Assembly: GCF_009914755.1 (NCBI RefSeq)
Contig: NC_060947.1
Strand: one strand, 5' to 3'
DNA from: the human T2T-CHM13v2.0 reference genome, Homo sapiens
Length of the DNA stretch: 64,000 bases
This document shows, piece by piece, positions 18,030 through 32,734 of the stretch; within the stretch, counting starts at the first letter, position 1; each line of letters opens with the position of its first letter. The notes beneath the pieces are model-generated. The model was not told where the DNA came from. It did no database searches and worked only from the letters and a program-made list of their open reading frames with translations. A program made the translations under genes and the position numbers.

Positions 18030-18240
18030 ACAGTTTCTATTCTACAAAGCTTTCTGGTATCACAACCCATTTATTTATCAGACCATCTATGTGAAGAGGG
18101 CAATAATAGATATTATTTTTCTCTTTTTTTTTCAGATGAGGAAACAAATATCATGGGTTTTATAATTAGTAAATGGCAGATTTGGGACTTAAACCATGCC
18201 ATTTGACTGAATGTACAGTGCCCCTTTCACCACGCTGCTT
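18030..18240 (-). mobile_element. MIR fragment
   Basis: TTTTCAGATGAGGAAAC..AGTAAATGGCAGA..GGGACTTAAACC. Confidence 0.65.
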
Positions 18241-19521
18241 GGCTAAGTGTTATGCAATGTCACAATGTCCCAGGTTCAAAGCAAAATGATATCGTTGTGA
18301 CTGCACACTATTAAATGGTGAGAGATTCTCAGTTGCACCCATTAGAAACTGTATGATCTCGCTTATGGTACCATTTGAATACAGTATAACCAGATTTGCT
18401 AATGTGTGACAGGAAATATTTAATAAACATATATTATATGCCAGAGATTGTATTAGACATCAGAGACACAAAGATGCATGTGCCTTTATCTCTACTCTCA
18501 AGTAGCTCAGTGTTGTGGATACTGGAATCAGATAGAGGGAAGTGAGTGAAAAGTTGTGGAAGATTTTTTGCCAGTGGTATGACTCAAGGGTTATGGGATC
18601 ATGTGAAAGCATTCCTCTTCTCACCTTAACTTAAAAATAAATTCTAATATAGATGGAGTGAATAACACTGTTGTTTCTCTTACGAGTATTATTATTACAT
18701 AAATAATGTCTTTTACACCAAATATAGCATCTTGGATTATTTTACTAAAATTATGATAGTTGCTTCAATTGGAAATTTGTTATGCTAACCTCACAAGTAA
18801 TTCAGCTACATTTGTATGAGGCTCTTGCGACTTGAGAGGTAGGAATAAAATTGGAGTAGAAAAAACATCTGGGAGAAGCTCTCTTTCTCGGATATGCACT
18901 TTCTAATTATTCCTGTTAGGATCTGAACACAGGACACCCCTTGAGTCATTAGTCACATACACCATATATGATTTGTGTCACAAACTATGCTGTAAAGTTT
19001 CAGAGTACAGGTATCAATAAATTTGTTTTGTTACCCTGGATGATCGAATATTGTGCATGTTAGTAGATGCTCAATGAATAACTGTAAGGTAAATGAATGA
19101 ATTGATGAATAAATATGAATAGAGTAAAAGAAATGGACAAACTACTCCAGAAAGTGAAAGTACATTAAATGTTTACCACAGGTCCTTCAAGAGCCTACCT
19201 TCTTATATCTCTCCAGGATAGTCCAGGGGAGTAGGTTAGTTTTTGAGATTATTAAAGGGAGAAAAATATTTGGATGATTATCTATTGAGTAGAGAGAATT
19301 AATCATCACTCTTTTTTTCTGGTGATTTGTTAAGTTATTTATACAAGGCTGAATAACTTTTAGTTATTTTTGCAGACCATCACACATCTCAACATTCTTC
19401 TCAGGTTGCAAAGGTCTAGTGTGTGAGGCAACTGTTTAAAAGACTACTCATAATTAAGTGACGATCCATAAGTAAAGCACATGGAGTAGTAATATGGCAT
19501 AGTGGCACTTCATATTGATAC

Positions 19522-19937
19522 TGATGTAGTTTGGATGTGTGTCCCCGGCCAAATTTCATGTTGAAATGTAATCTCCAAAGTTAAAGGTGGGGCCTGGTAG
19601 GAAGTGATTGGATCATGGGGGTGGATGTCCCATGAATGGTTTAGCACCATTCCTTGGTGCTGTCCTTGTGATAGCAAGTGAGTTCTTGGGAGATCTGGTC
19701 ATTTAAAAGTGTGTGGAACCTTCCCCTTCTCTCTCCTGCTCCTACATTCACCATGTGACATACCTGCTCCCCCTTTGCCATCCATCATGATTGAAAGCTT
19801 CCTGAGACCTCCCCAGAAGTAGATGCCACCACACTTTCTGTATACCCTATAGAACCGTGAACCAATCAAACCTTTTTCGTTTATAAATTACCCAGTCTCA
19901 GATATTTCTTTATAACAATGCAAGAATAGCCAATGCA
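19522..19937 (+). mobile_element. MSTA-like MaLR solo LTR
   Basis: TGATGTAGTTTGGATGTGTGTCCCC..TTTATAAATTACCCAGTCTCAG..AATGCA. TSD GATAC/GATAT. Confidence 0.9.
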
Positions 19938-21200
19938 GATATACAAAGGATCATATAGCAAATGTAGGAATGAAAGTAAAACTGATATTTCTCTCGTAGT
20001 TAATCTAAAGCCCATTTCAAATTGTTAAATGCCATCTGTCCAACTGAAGAACCTAAATAAAAGCAACTGAAAACTTGCTCTGAAGTAAACAGGTGAATAG
20101 TATGTAAGACAAAGCAGTTCCCCAAAGGCATTCTTAATACCTGCTCTTTATTTAACCCCTGTCTTAAAATAAACAATGCTGATGGGATGTGTTGGAGAGG
20201 TATGATATATGACTAGTGCCAATACTGTAGGCTGATAACCTATAGCATGACATCCTTATCTATAAACTTTGTCAGATGCATCACTTTGTTATTGTCACTT
20301 CATTAACTTGCACCGTTAATAGCAAAAGACAGTCTTTCCATTGTTTAAAACAGCAATACTTTACTAAGTGAAATATTTGAGAAACAATGAATGAAGTTCA
20401 GTTTTTACCAAGGAACAATCCTTTACACTTGGATTCATATTAAGTAGCTTTTTCTCAGTATGAGATAAAGTTGTTTGCACATCAACAGCAGACACTAAAC
20501 TGTTTTGCCATGAATTATTTATGCTAAATAATCATGACAGCTTTCTTTAAAAAATAATGCTTTGCTAGAAAATGTTACTCTGGATGTCTAAATTAAACAT
20601 TGTTGCCTAATATATTAATATTTTGGTCTTGTGAATTTTAATTGGAAACAAACAGCTGTTCCTAGTTGGAACTAACTACGTGATTTTCCAACAGTCATCT
20701 TTCCACTCTGGGGGTACAGGGGAATTTCACAAGCCTTCCCAAAAACATGGGAAAGTAAATCAGTCTCATCCTATTATGCATGGGAATTAAAAAACTAATG
20801 CTCTGGTGACATCTTTTCAGACAATTTAATATTTTTGCTTGCTGGATTTTCTGCCATTACCCTGATATCAGTCACCTGATATTAGATTAATTTCTTATGT
20901 CAACTTGAAATTTGTTGTCTCAAATCCCAACTAAAATGTGTTTGGAGCTAGGATGCAAATTACTTATTTCTTTGACCTTTTCCTTTCCCAAGAGATGTCC
21001 AAATATGCTCAATTTCATGTTCACTGTCCTGACCTCCATAGTGTCCTTGTGTTTTGTTTTTCCAAATCTTTAACAGTTCAGCCTATCTTTTTGCCACATT
21101 TGCTTTGTCTGTACATCTGTGCTAATCATATAGTATATTGTGAAAGTAGTGCTTAGTACATGTATTAGTCAGGGTTCTCTAGAGGGACAGAACTAATATG

Positions 21201-21202
<2 letters not shown>

Positions 21203-21253
<51 letters not shown>

Positions 21254-21258
21254 ATATG
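21203..21258. repeat. (TA)n microsatellite inside the MLT2A1 LTR
   Basis: About 21 pure TA units followed by TATG variants. Confidence 0.95.
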
Positions 21259-22028
21259 TAAAGGGGAGTTTATTTAGTATTAACTTACACGATCACAGGG
21301 TCCCACAATAGGCTGTCTTCAAGCTGCTGAGCAAGGAGAGCCAGTCCAAGTCCCAAAACTGAAGGACTTGGAGTCCGATGTTCGAGGGCAGGAAGGATGC
21401 AGCACAGCATGGAAGAAAGATGTAGGCTGGGAGGCTAGGCCAATCTCTTGTTTTTACATTTTCTGTCTGCTTTATATTTGCTGGCAGCTGACTAGATTGT
21501 GCCCACCAGATTAAGGGTGGATCTGCCTTCCCCAGCCCACCGACTCAAATGTTAATCTTTTTAACATTTTAACAGACACACCCAGGGTCAATACTTTGTA
21601 TCTTTCAATCCAATCATCTTGACACTCAGTATTAACCATCACAGGTCCACTCCTTGTCAACTTGAACCCATACACATCTTCTGAAATTATACATAATCTT
21701 CAAATGAAGACAATAATGAGGTCATAATTACACCTAACATCATATGACTATCTCTTGTACAACTGAAAACGCACTGGTCCCCAACCCTAATACTATTATA
21801 TAAAGTTAACAATACTTAAATGCTGATATGAAGTCAATAAATCTTATGTCACATGATAAATGAAAATGAAATAAAATAAAGACATTTTCTTAGTACAAGC
21901 GTATACATGCACAAACATGTTTTTAGCAAAATAAGGAGGGAATACTCACGAAAATTACAGTCCCCGTTTCTGCAGCTGGTCACGTGGTCATAGGTGGTAT
22001 TGATGACTACCTTCTTCTACTACCCATC

Positions 22029-22859
22029 CTATATTCCCTTAGCCTTCAGCAAGCACCTCAGCAGGTTGTGTTTTTTTTCCCTGGTAACATGACCCAAATC
22101 TTCATTCCTGAGGTATCTGGGCCATTTGTAATCCTGCCTGGATTGCACTGTTGTAGTTCTCATTGACCTTAATGACAGGGCATGGTAATACCAAGAGACA
22201 CCTAATGGATCTCCTGAATTCCATGCATACTCTTCCTTACCTCCATTGTGGAGTAGTAGACTGATTTCATCCTGATAGTCTGGGTCAATCACCCTAGCCA
22301 ACACTGTAACTGCCTTCTTAGCCTGTTGACTTAAAGGTAGGAGGAGCCCAAAGTGTCCAGGTGGCAATATTAACTTCCAGTTCAATGGGATTGTTGTGTC
22401 TCCTGGTGGCAGCATTCCTCCAGCTGGAACTAAGACCTCTAGGCCAGGAGAATGTAATGTTGTGGGAACGGAAAGCAAAAATTTTGCTAGTGGATCACTA
22501 GGGGTGATGGTGAGTGATGCCACTTCTACTTCCACCCCTTGATTCCAGGACTTATGAATCCTGGCAATGGGAAAAACAGTAACATATATTGGATGCTGAT
22601 TCAGAGCATACATGGCCTTCTGGAGAACTTTGCCCCAGCCCTGCAAAGCATTGTCACCTAGTTGGTGTTGTAATTGTGACTTCAAAAGGTCATTCCGCCA
22701 TTCTATCAATCCAGCTGCTTCAGGATGATGGGGAATATGGTAAGACCAGTGAATTCCATGAGCATGAGCCCACTCCCACAATTCTTTAGCCATAAAGTGA
22801 GGGCCTTGGTCAGAGGCAATGCTGTGTGGGATACCATGATGGTGGATAAGGCATTCCAT
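22029..22859 (-). pseudogene. pol: HERV-L integrase core fused to dUTPase
   Basis: HGIPHSIASDQG..HHPEAAGLIE (integrase D..E region), followed by PLNWKLILPPGHFG..VIDPDYQDEI (dUTPase motifs). A dUTPase after IN is typical of ERV-L. Confidence 0.9.
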
Positions 22860-22887
22860 GAGTCCACGTATACTAGTCTTGGTAGAA

Positions 22888-24200
22888 GATGGCAGGGCCT
22901 TACTTCAAAATCCTAGAGGCCTTTGCTGTGATTCATTTATGGGGGCCTGCCAAAGGCTCCAGACAGCATGCCTATCTGCCATTGACACCTCAAGCACCAT
23001 TGGATCTGCTGGGTCATATGGCCCAAGTGGCAGAGTAGCTTCTACAGCAGCCTAGACCTGTTGCAGTGCCTTCTCCTGTTTTGGTCCCCACTCAAAACTG
23101 GCAGCCTTTCGGGTCACTCAATAAGTGGGCTCGAGTAATATACCCAAATGAGAAATGTGTTGTCTCCAAATTTTAAATAGGCCCACTAGGCATTGTGCCT
23201 TTTCTTGGTTGTAGGAGAGGCCAAATGCATCACTTACCCTTCACTTTAGAAGGAATATCTCGACAGGCCCCATACCCCAGTACCCCTAGAAATTTTACTG
23301 AGGTAGAAGTTCCCTAAATTTTAGTCAGATTTATTTCCCATCCTCTGGCATGCAAATGTCTCACCAATAAGTCCAGTGTGTCTGCTACTTCTTGCTCACT
23401 GGATTCAGTCAGCATAATGCCATCAATATAATGGACCAGTGTGATATTTTGCAGAAGGAAAAAGCAATAGAAGTCTTTTTGAAGAGTTGATATAACCCTG
23501 AGGTAGGACAGTAAAGGTATATTGCTGGTCTCGCCAGCTGAAGGCAAATTGCTTCTGGTGGGCCTTATGGACAGGAATGGAGAAAAAGAATTTGCCAAGT
23601 CAGTGACTGCAAACCAGGTGTCAGGAGATGTGTTAACTTACTCAAGCAATGAAACCACATCTGGTACAGCAGCTACAATTGGAGTCACATCTTGGTTAAG
23701 CTTATGATAATCCACTGTCATTCTCCAATATCCATTTGTCTTCTGCACAGGCCAAATGGGAAAGTTGAATAGGGATGTAGTGGGAATCACCACCCCTGTT
23801 TCTTTCAAGTCCTTGATGCTGGGTCTCTGCAGTCCCTCCTTGGATGCTATATTGTTTTTGATTTACTATTTTTCTAGGTAGAGCAGCTCTAATGGCTTCC
23901 ACTGGGTATTTCCCACCATCATAGACCTCACCCTACCAGTCAGGGAGTCAATGTGGGGGGTTCCTTCAGCTGCGAAGTATGTCTATGCCAATTATGCATT
24001 CTGGCACTGGGGAAATGACCACAGGATGAGTCCAGGGACCTACTGGACCCACTGTAAGTTGGACCTGAGCTAAAACTTCATTAATTATCTGACCTCCATT
24101 AGCACCTACTTTAACTGGAGGATCACATTGATATTTTGGGTCCCCTGGAATCAATGTCAGCTCAAAGCCAGTGTCCAAAATGCCTGATCACTTCCCTTTT
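22888..24200 (-). pseudogene. pol: HERV-L protease and reverse transcriptase remnants
   Basis: DTGFELTLIPGDP (aspartic protease) at 23966-24178. LVHYIDGIML (YIDD mutated) at 23314-23598. Confidence 0.85.
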
Positions 24201-25070
24201 CCCAATGCACAGTTATCCTGGTAAAAGGTCGGAGGTCTCCTTAGAGAAGGATGTGAGAAAGGTTCACTGCAAAAATTGTCAGTAAGGTAGTGGGATTCTT
24301 CCTCAAGGGGACCCAGCCTCCCTTTCATTCAAGGGGTTTTGGGTCTGTAAACTGGCTAACTGGCTCAAGTCTGGAAATTGTTTGAGGGGCCGTGATTCTC
24401 TGTTTCTATAATTCAAACCAGTCTTTTGTCCATTCGACCTAGAAATTTTCTGTTTGTAAAAATTAAGTAGGAATGCAGTAGGCTTCCTATCGATTTCACT
24501 TCTAGGAACACGGTGATTAATTAGCCAGTGCCAGAGCTCTACACAAGTCACACTGTTCTGATTTCCACTTTGCCTCTGCTGTCCATTATGGTTACTATGC
24601 CTACCTTTACCTTGACATTTGAGTGTGGCCAGTTGGTCCCTGCTATCTTGGGATCCAATTATTCCCATTGTATTTAAATTTTGTATTTGAGTGACTGAGG
24701 TTCCTACTGTTAGATCTGACATACAGAGAAGAGCAATTATAGGGCTCTTCAAAGATTCAGCTGCTGCCCTCACAAATCTATTTCACAAGGCATTGGTCAA
24801 GGGTATATCTTTTTGACCCTCCCAGCTGGAATGAGTAGGTCTAAAGTGACTAATCTACTCCACCATCCCAATCAACCTAAGCCTTTGGATTCCTTCCTCT
24901 ACATTAAACCAAGCGAGATCAGGCATTTCCAGCTCACTCACAGTGGGACATCTTTTAATCCATATTTCAGCTAACCAAGCAAATAAACTATTAGAACCTT
25001 TTTTTTAAACTCCCTCAACTGCAACATTAAAAGCAGAGTCCCTACTTAGTGGGCCCAAATTCATAAATTC
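24200..25070 (-). pseudogene. gag: HERV-L gag, C-terminal remnant
   Basis: ORF 24303-24773 carries LWHWLINHRVPRSEIDRKPTAFLL, typical of ERV-L gag. Confidence 0.8.
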
Positions 25071-25080
25071 TGCTCCTCTT

Positions 25081-25098
25081 GAACCACTCACGGTACCA
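25081..25098 (-). promoter_or_regulatory. Primer binding site (tRNA-Leu type)
   Basis: TGGTACCGTGAGTGGTTC, a few nt inside the 5' LTR boundary. Confidence 0.75.
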
Positions 25099-26789
25099 AA
25101 ATATTTATTAGTCAGGGTTCCCTAGAGGGACAGGACTTATAGGACTCAAATGTTAATCCTTCTTTGGCAGCAGCCTCATAGACTCATCCAGGATCAATAC
25201 TTTGTATTCTTCAATCCAATCAAGTTGACACTCAGTATTAAGCGTCACAGTACATGTGAATGTTTTCATGCAGCTATATGGCTTTGACAACCATATCAAG
25301 TGTTAGACTGCAAGAAGATTATATACTTCTTCTTGTTTAGATTTATTACCAATATGTCCTGAGCACCTGTGTCTTAGTAAATAGACCAGAATTGATGAAA
25401 AAACTAAGACATAAAGCAATTTGGACTGACAGTCTAGTAGCTGGGATCTTTTCTTTCTTTCTTTTCAACGTAGGACTAATTTCTGTAGAAATTTTTAGAA
25501 GCACTTGGTCAAAGTTACGCAGTTCCTTCATTGTTTTTGTGGTGTGCATCAGTCACTGGAGAGTATAGCTCTATTGAAAGCAAACCAGTTACATTTGTCT
25601 TCATTTTGCCTAATTCCAAATCATCTTTTACCTTGGTTTTTCATTTGATAAGAAAAAGAAAAGAATTGTGATTTCCTTCTACATCTCTATTCTATTCCTA
25701 CATCTCAGTTTTCAACAACAGGCCATCACAATGAATTTTTTATTTTAATTCAGGAGATTATCTTGCCTTGGTGTAGCTTTTTCTTTAAGTCCTCCTTTAT
25801 TCACTATCTTTCCTCCCCTTCATTCTTGGTACTGCAATTCAATTTGCTGAATGATATGGAAATACTTTAAAGAAGATTTTCCCCAAAATTATACAAAAAG
25901 TCATAAAAATGATTTGTACTCATCACGACATTTTATCTGGAGAAAATACATGGCTCTCACTGTACTTTAGCTGTAGTGCAGCATTTCCAGTAAGAGGGAA
26001 ATTACAATATTTTCTTTGACCAGAAAATAATTGTTAGTTAGATGTCTGGGAGAGTCATGTTTTGAGAAATTAATAAAATGTTGTGTATATATAAGAAAAT
26101 AGTACTGCCTCTATAATCCACTAGGTTTCTGAGAGGAAGGAAGAAAAGGTACTCATTGGTTTTATTATCTTTTTGTTCTCAAGACATCAAAGCTCCTTCT
26201 GATAAGATTTCTGGTTTGAAGTCAAGCAACATATTGCTAATTTATATTGAGAAAGAGGTAGGGGACCAAAATGAGAATTATAACTGGGAATTGGAGAAAA
26301 ATCAAGAAAATGTGGAAAACTGAAAAATATATGTTTAGGGATTTTACACAATTGTATATGCAGAAAACTCTTCTTTTGTATCTGAAATTAAAGCCATAGA
26401 GTGATGAACAGAAATGTGACTGTGTATTTGTTTGAAGAAATGAGTGGTCAGTGTAAATTCCAGAGAGCTTGACTGGGTTGGGTGGGAAGAATACAACTTA
26501 TACAATGGACTCTCACAGTGAATGGATTCAAGTCACTTATCCTCTAGTTCTACTATCTTAAGTGGGATTTATTGCATAGATGTCTATATTCTATGTGTTT
26601 CTCATTGCAGTTGATATACAGTATTTTAAAAAATATTCAAGGTGTATGTGTGTGTGGGCACACACATTTATTATAAATGATCTTGCTGTTACTTAACAGA
26701 CACTTGAGTGCCTTTAAACTGCATTTCTGTTTATGAGAGTAGCAAAAGATGCAGAAATGTCTGTTCATCAGCAAGATGAGAGTGAAGAG

Positions 26790-27515
<726 letters not shown>

Positions 27516-27547
27516 AAGAGCTCTAGATTTACTAAATTGTTTTAAAG

Positions 27548-29859
27548 TATATTAGTCAATTTTCATGCTGCCAATAAAGACATACCTGAGATGGGTCAAT
27601 TTACAAAAGAAAGAGATTTATTAGACTTACAGGGCCACAGGGCTGAGGAGACCTCACAATAATGGCAGAAGACAAGGAGGAGCAAGTCACATCCTACATG
27701 GATGGCAGCAGGCAAGAGAGAGAACTTGTGCCGGGAAACTCCTGTTTCTGTTTTTAAAACCATCAGATCTCATGAGACTCATTCACTATAATGAGAACAG
27801 TGCAGGAAAGACCCACCCCCATAATTCAGTCATGTCCCACCAGATTCCTCCCATATCATGTGGGAATGGTGGGAGTTACAATTCAAGGTGAGATTTGGGT
27901 GGGGACACATCCAAACCATATAATTCCACACCTGGTCCCTCCCAAATATCATGTCCTCACATTTCAATACCAATCATGTCTTCCCAACAGTCACCCAAAG
28001 TCTTAACTCATTTCAGAATTAAATGAGTTAATTCTCATTTAAATGTCCATAGTTCAATGTCTCATCTGAGACAAGGCAAGTACCTTCTGCTTATGAGCCC
28101 ATAAAAATCAAAAGCAAGTTAGTTACTTCCTAGATACAATGGGGGTAAAGGCATGGGTAAATACAGCCATTCCAAATGGGAGAAATTGGCCAAAACAAAG
28201 GGACTCTAGGCTCCATGCAAGTCCAACATCTAGCAGGGCAGTCAAATCTTAAAACTCCAAAATTATCTCATTTGACTCCATGTCTCACATCCAGGTCACA
28301 CTGATGCAAAAGGTGGGTGCCCATGGTCTTGGACAGCTCCACCCCTGTGGCTTTGCAGGGTACAGCCTTCTCCCAGCTGCTTTCACAGGCTAGCATTGAG
28401 TGTCTGGGGATTTTCCAGGCGCACAATGTAAGCTGTCAGTGGATCTACCATTCTGGGGTCTGGAGGAGAGTGGCCCTCTTCTCACAGCTCCACTAGGTGG
28501 TGCCCCAGCAGGGACTCTGTGTGAGGTCTCTGACCCCACAGTTCCCTTTTTCACTGCCCTAGCAGAAGTTCTCCATGAGAACCCTTTCCCTGCAGCAAAC
28601 TTCTGCCTGGAAATCCAGGTGTTTCCATACATCCTCTGAAATCTAGGCGGAGGTTTTCAAACCTTAATTTTTGACTTCTGTGCACTTGCAGGCTCAACAT
28701 GACATGGAAGCTGCCAAGGCTTGAGGCTTGCACCCTCTGAAGCCATGGTCCCAGCTCTATGTTGGCCCATTTCAGCCATACTCAGGGCAGCTGAGATGCA
28801 GGACACCAAGTCTGTAGGCTGCACACAGCACGTGGACCCTGGGCCTGGCCCACAAAACCACTTATTTTCCAAGGCCTCTTGGTCTGCGATGGGAGGTGCT
28901 GCTGTGAAAACCTCTGACATGCCCTGGAGACATTTTCCCCACTGTCTCGGGGATTAACATTTGGCTCCTCATTACTTGTGCTTGAATTTCTCCTTAAAAA
29001 TTAGGGTTTTCTTTTCTATCACATTGACAGACTGCATGTTCTCCAAACTTCTGTGCTCTGCTTCCCTTATAAAACTGAATGTCATTAACAGCGCCCAAGT
29101 CACCCCTTGAATGCTTTGCTGCTTAGAGATTTCTTCTGCCAGATACCCTCAAGTTCAAAGTTCCACAAGTCTCTAGGGCAGGGCCCAAATGCCTCCAGTC
29201 TCTTTGCTAAAACATAACAAGGGTTGCCTTTGCTCCAGTTCCCAGCAATTTTTTTATCTTCATCTGAGTCCACCTCAGCCTGGATTTCCTTGTTCATATC
29301 ATTATCAGCATTTTGGTCAAAGCCATTCAGGAAGTCTCTAGGAAGTTCCAAACTTTCCCACATTTTCTTGTCTTCTTCTGAGCCCTCCAAACTGTCCCCA
29401 CCTCTGCCTATTACCCAGTTCCAAAGTCTTTTCCACATTTTTGGGCATTTTTTCAGCAACGCCCAACTCTACTGGTACGAATTTACTGTATTAGTCCATT
29501 TTCATGCTGCCGTTAAAGACATACCCGAGACTGGGATATTTGCAAAAGAAAGAGGTTTATTGGACTTACAGTTCCACATGCCTGGGAGACCTCACAATCA
29601 TGGCAGAAGGCAAGGCACAACAAGTCACATCTTACATGTGTGGCCACAGGCAAAAAGCAAGAGAGCTTGCTCAGGGAAACTCTCCATTTTTAAAACCATC
29701 AGATCTCGTGAGACTCATTCACTATCATAAGAACAGTGCAGTAAAGACCCACCCTCATAATTCAGTCACCTCCCTCTGGATTCCTTCCATGACATGTGGG
29801 AATTGTGGGAGTTACAATTCAAGATGAGATTTGGGTGTGGACACAGCCAAACCATATCA
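27548..29859 (-). mobile_element. Complete THE1B-like MaLR (LTR 27548-27923, internal, LTR 29487-29859)
   Basis: Two homologous LTRs. The internal region is homologous to 14343-15930, with MaLR ORF remnant GSEEDKKMWESLELPRD at 29100-29459. AAAG on both flanks. Confidence 0.92.
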
Positions 29860-30054
29860 AAAGGCTACTTTCTCATGGTTAGCTTTTGTGATGTAGAATG
29901 TGAATTTCATGAGAATGTTGCTGTTGTGAGGGGATTATCTCAGAAAATTATGTGGAATGATAACACCACAAAGTAGTCACTTTTGTAGGTAATGTCCTGA
30001 TCCTTGAATTGAGGTGAGGATGCCATAAGACCATACAGATGATGCCTAGCTTCA

Positions 30055-30250
30055 GGAGGTAGCATGGTCCAATAGAAAGGGTGGAATTGTTGGCATCGGA
30101 GATATCTTGGTTCAAATTCATGCACTATTTCTTCTAGCTATTGTGACCTGGGGAAAGTTTCTCAAACTCTGTGAGCTCAGTATGCTCAGATAAAAAAATT
30201 AAACTAGTATGCACGTTGAAGCGTTATTGTGAAGATTAGATGAGAACTGA
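30055..30250 (+). mobile_element. MIR SINE
   Basis: GGTTCAAATTC..CTAGCTATTGTGACCTGGGG..GAGCTCAGT..GTTATTGTGAAGATTAGATGAG. Confidence 0.8.
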
Positions 30251-32734
30251 CACAAACCACTACTTAATAAATAGCATTCTCACCTGCAGTGAACATCCCT
30301 ACTCATACAGTTTTTCTGTTGGCTTCGGATCCTCATAGAGAACAAAAACAGTTAAGGAATAAAGCAAAGTGGCTAGTCAATCATATATACCTCAATTATG
30401 GGAAGGCATGCTGGTGAAGGTACAGTGCCAGTGCCATAATGCCAGATAAATAAGTAACTGCACTTTGTATGTTCTATATTTTATTATGCTCTAGGTTCCT
30501 GAAAAAGATATTTTTCTTTTGGCCAGAAATAATCACTGATGACTTTATTGTCTTGTGATGCATAAATGAGGAGGCAGACTGTTAATAAATTTTTGTGACA
30601 GACATGAACATGCACACTTTCTTTTCCTTACATAATTATGAATTTGCATCTTTAGAGAGGGCTTTGTTAAAATATTCCATGGAGTTTATGCCTTGTCTAA
30701 TAATATCATAGGTACTGTGCATGTACTTGTGGCCAAACAGTTTTCTTTTTGTAACAGAACACATTTATATGAATAAAAAACCGAACCTGTCATATTTTCC
30801 CAGCGGCTTACTTTTACGGTATAATTACATTACAGAAAATTGACCCTCTGTGTAACCCTTAATTATATTCACATGCATCTAAAGTATATTGCTTAATGTC
30901 AGAAGTTAATAATAATAATATACTTCATTTACTTTTATGTAACATTTAAAGAACACAAGAAATTGTAAACGTTTAAAGTTATTTGCTTCACTGAGACATG
31001 AATTAATAAAGGTTTTGAGCCTATGAATTTTGTCTCTTAGATGTCAATGATTTTGGTCATTTTTTACTTTATCACTTTTAGAACATTTTGAACATTTTTA
31101 AAGAAGCTTGGTAGATTGTACCCTTAAATGGTTTTTAAATGACTTTCAACATAATAAATCAAGCCCAAAGAAAAATATAAATATATATTATGAAAGAGTT
31201 TTCAGGAACTGATGGTAGAAGGCTAATTTTCATCCACTTATTCAAGCAGAAAATATGTTTCTCTTCAAGACTTTTCTCCCCATTTGTCATGCACAAAAGC
31301 ACACAATACTTTTAATATACACGTGTACACGGATTTTCAGAATAAGTAAATTATAAATTATAAATGTAAGCTTTATGGCACCTCTTTATAGAACTTGAAA
31401 ATTAAGAAAATATTTCATGGCAGATGCTTTCATTTATGCATCCAGCAAGTATTTTTGAGTGCTCACATCAATAGTTAACAACCATATAGTGCTTCATAAT
31501 TTAATGAGTGGTTTAACTCATGTTATCTCATTTGATTTTTAAAGCAGCCCTAGGAGTTTGGTGGTGTTAAGTAAAGAGGTAGGTCTTTTAAGAGTGACAG
31601 ATCAGTGATGCCAGTATTATCAATGACTGGCAGAAGATTTAAGGCAACTCATTTGAGTGGTACCTTGAAGGGTGATTGATTTGACTAAGTGTAGAATGGG
31701 AATGGCAAAAACAAGAGCAAACACGGTTTTTGGAAGAGAACTTGGTAGAAAAATTTTCTTTGCCTTTTTCATCTCCTTAAAGATAAATCCAAATCCCCAA
31801 CAAATGAAGTTATTATTTTAAAGTGAGGTTTAGCTAGTGGGAATTTTTCCATAGAATATTGATTTATATAACTAATTTCTACATTAATTTTAAAAACCTT
31901 TTGTAGTATGAATATATTGGTATTGGTTTCCTTTGTTAAATCTACTTCTATTATAAAAATGATTATATTGTTGGAATGCTACTTATCTGTTAGCTGGAGG
32001 GAGAAACTTCTTAGGTATATGGAAGAATTATGCATATTTTGTTTTTTCCAACCATTTGTATTGGCAACAAGACCTGCTTAGCCATACAGGATAACATTTA
32101 TAATAGTTAAATTCTTACCATTGACCTTGCAGCTATGTAAATAGCTTCACAGTTTAATGTAATACACCAAGTGAGAGAAGCCATCTGAGGAGAGTTGAGG
32201 CAATGGGCCAGAATACAGCTGAAAAATTTAAACTTATGCCAATAACTTGTATGTAGGAACTACTCAGTGAAAATTGAGGGAAAAAAATCTCAATGTGTAA
32301 ATATAGTTCATTGTTTCTTGGTATTTAAAGATGTGACATCCTTACAACTAAGAGCCATTTTTTTTAAGTTAGCGCAGAACAGAAGGGAGCTGACATATAT
32401 AGTGTGCATGATGAAATGAGTTGAATAAATATTCTACAGGGAAAAAAAGGTGCAGATCCAAGTTTCTATTTGATCTTTTTTTTCTGAATCAACTGACAGG
32501 ATAGTTTCAAAAGACTATTTTGTCCTTGGTTTGTTTTATATTCTAATTCCATTATTTACTTACTTTGTCTATAGTTTTCCTTCCTTTTCTAGAGGAAGTT
32601 GACAGTTGATAATAGCATTGCCAATTTTGGAACCTTTTGTGATACTTGTGAGGAAAGTTTACCCTATAATTGGCTGTCTCTCATACATGAAAATCACACT
32701 TTTGAGTCTTAGTATGAATGGTTTTTCAAGTGTT

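Larger units (their letters stand above)
21161..25249 (-). mobile_element. HERV-L provirus with MLT2A1-type LTRs, internally deleted
   Basis: 3' LTR 21161-21643 and shortened 5' LTR 25104-25249. Perfect TSD GTACA at 21156-21160 and 25250-25254. gag-pro-RT-IN-dUTPase remnants, no env. Confidence 0.95.
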
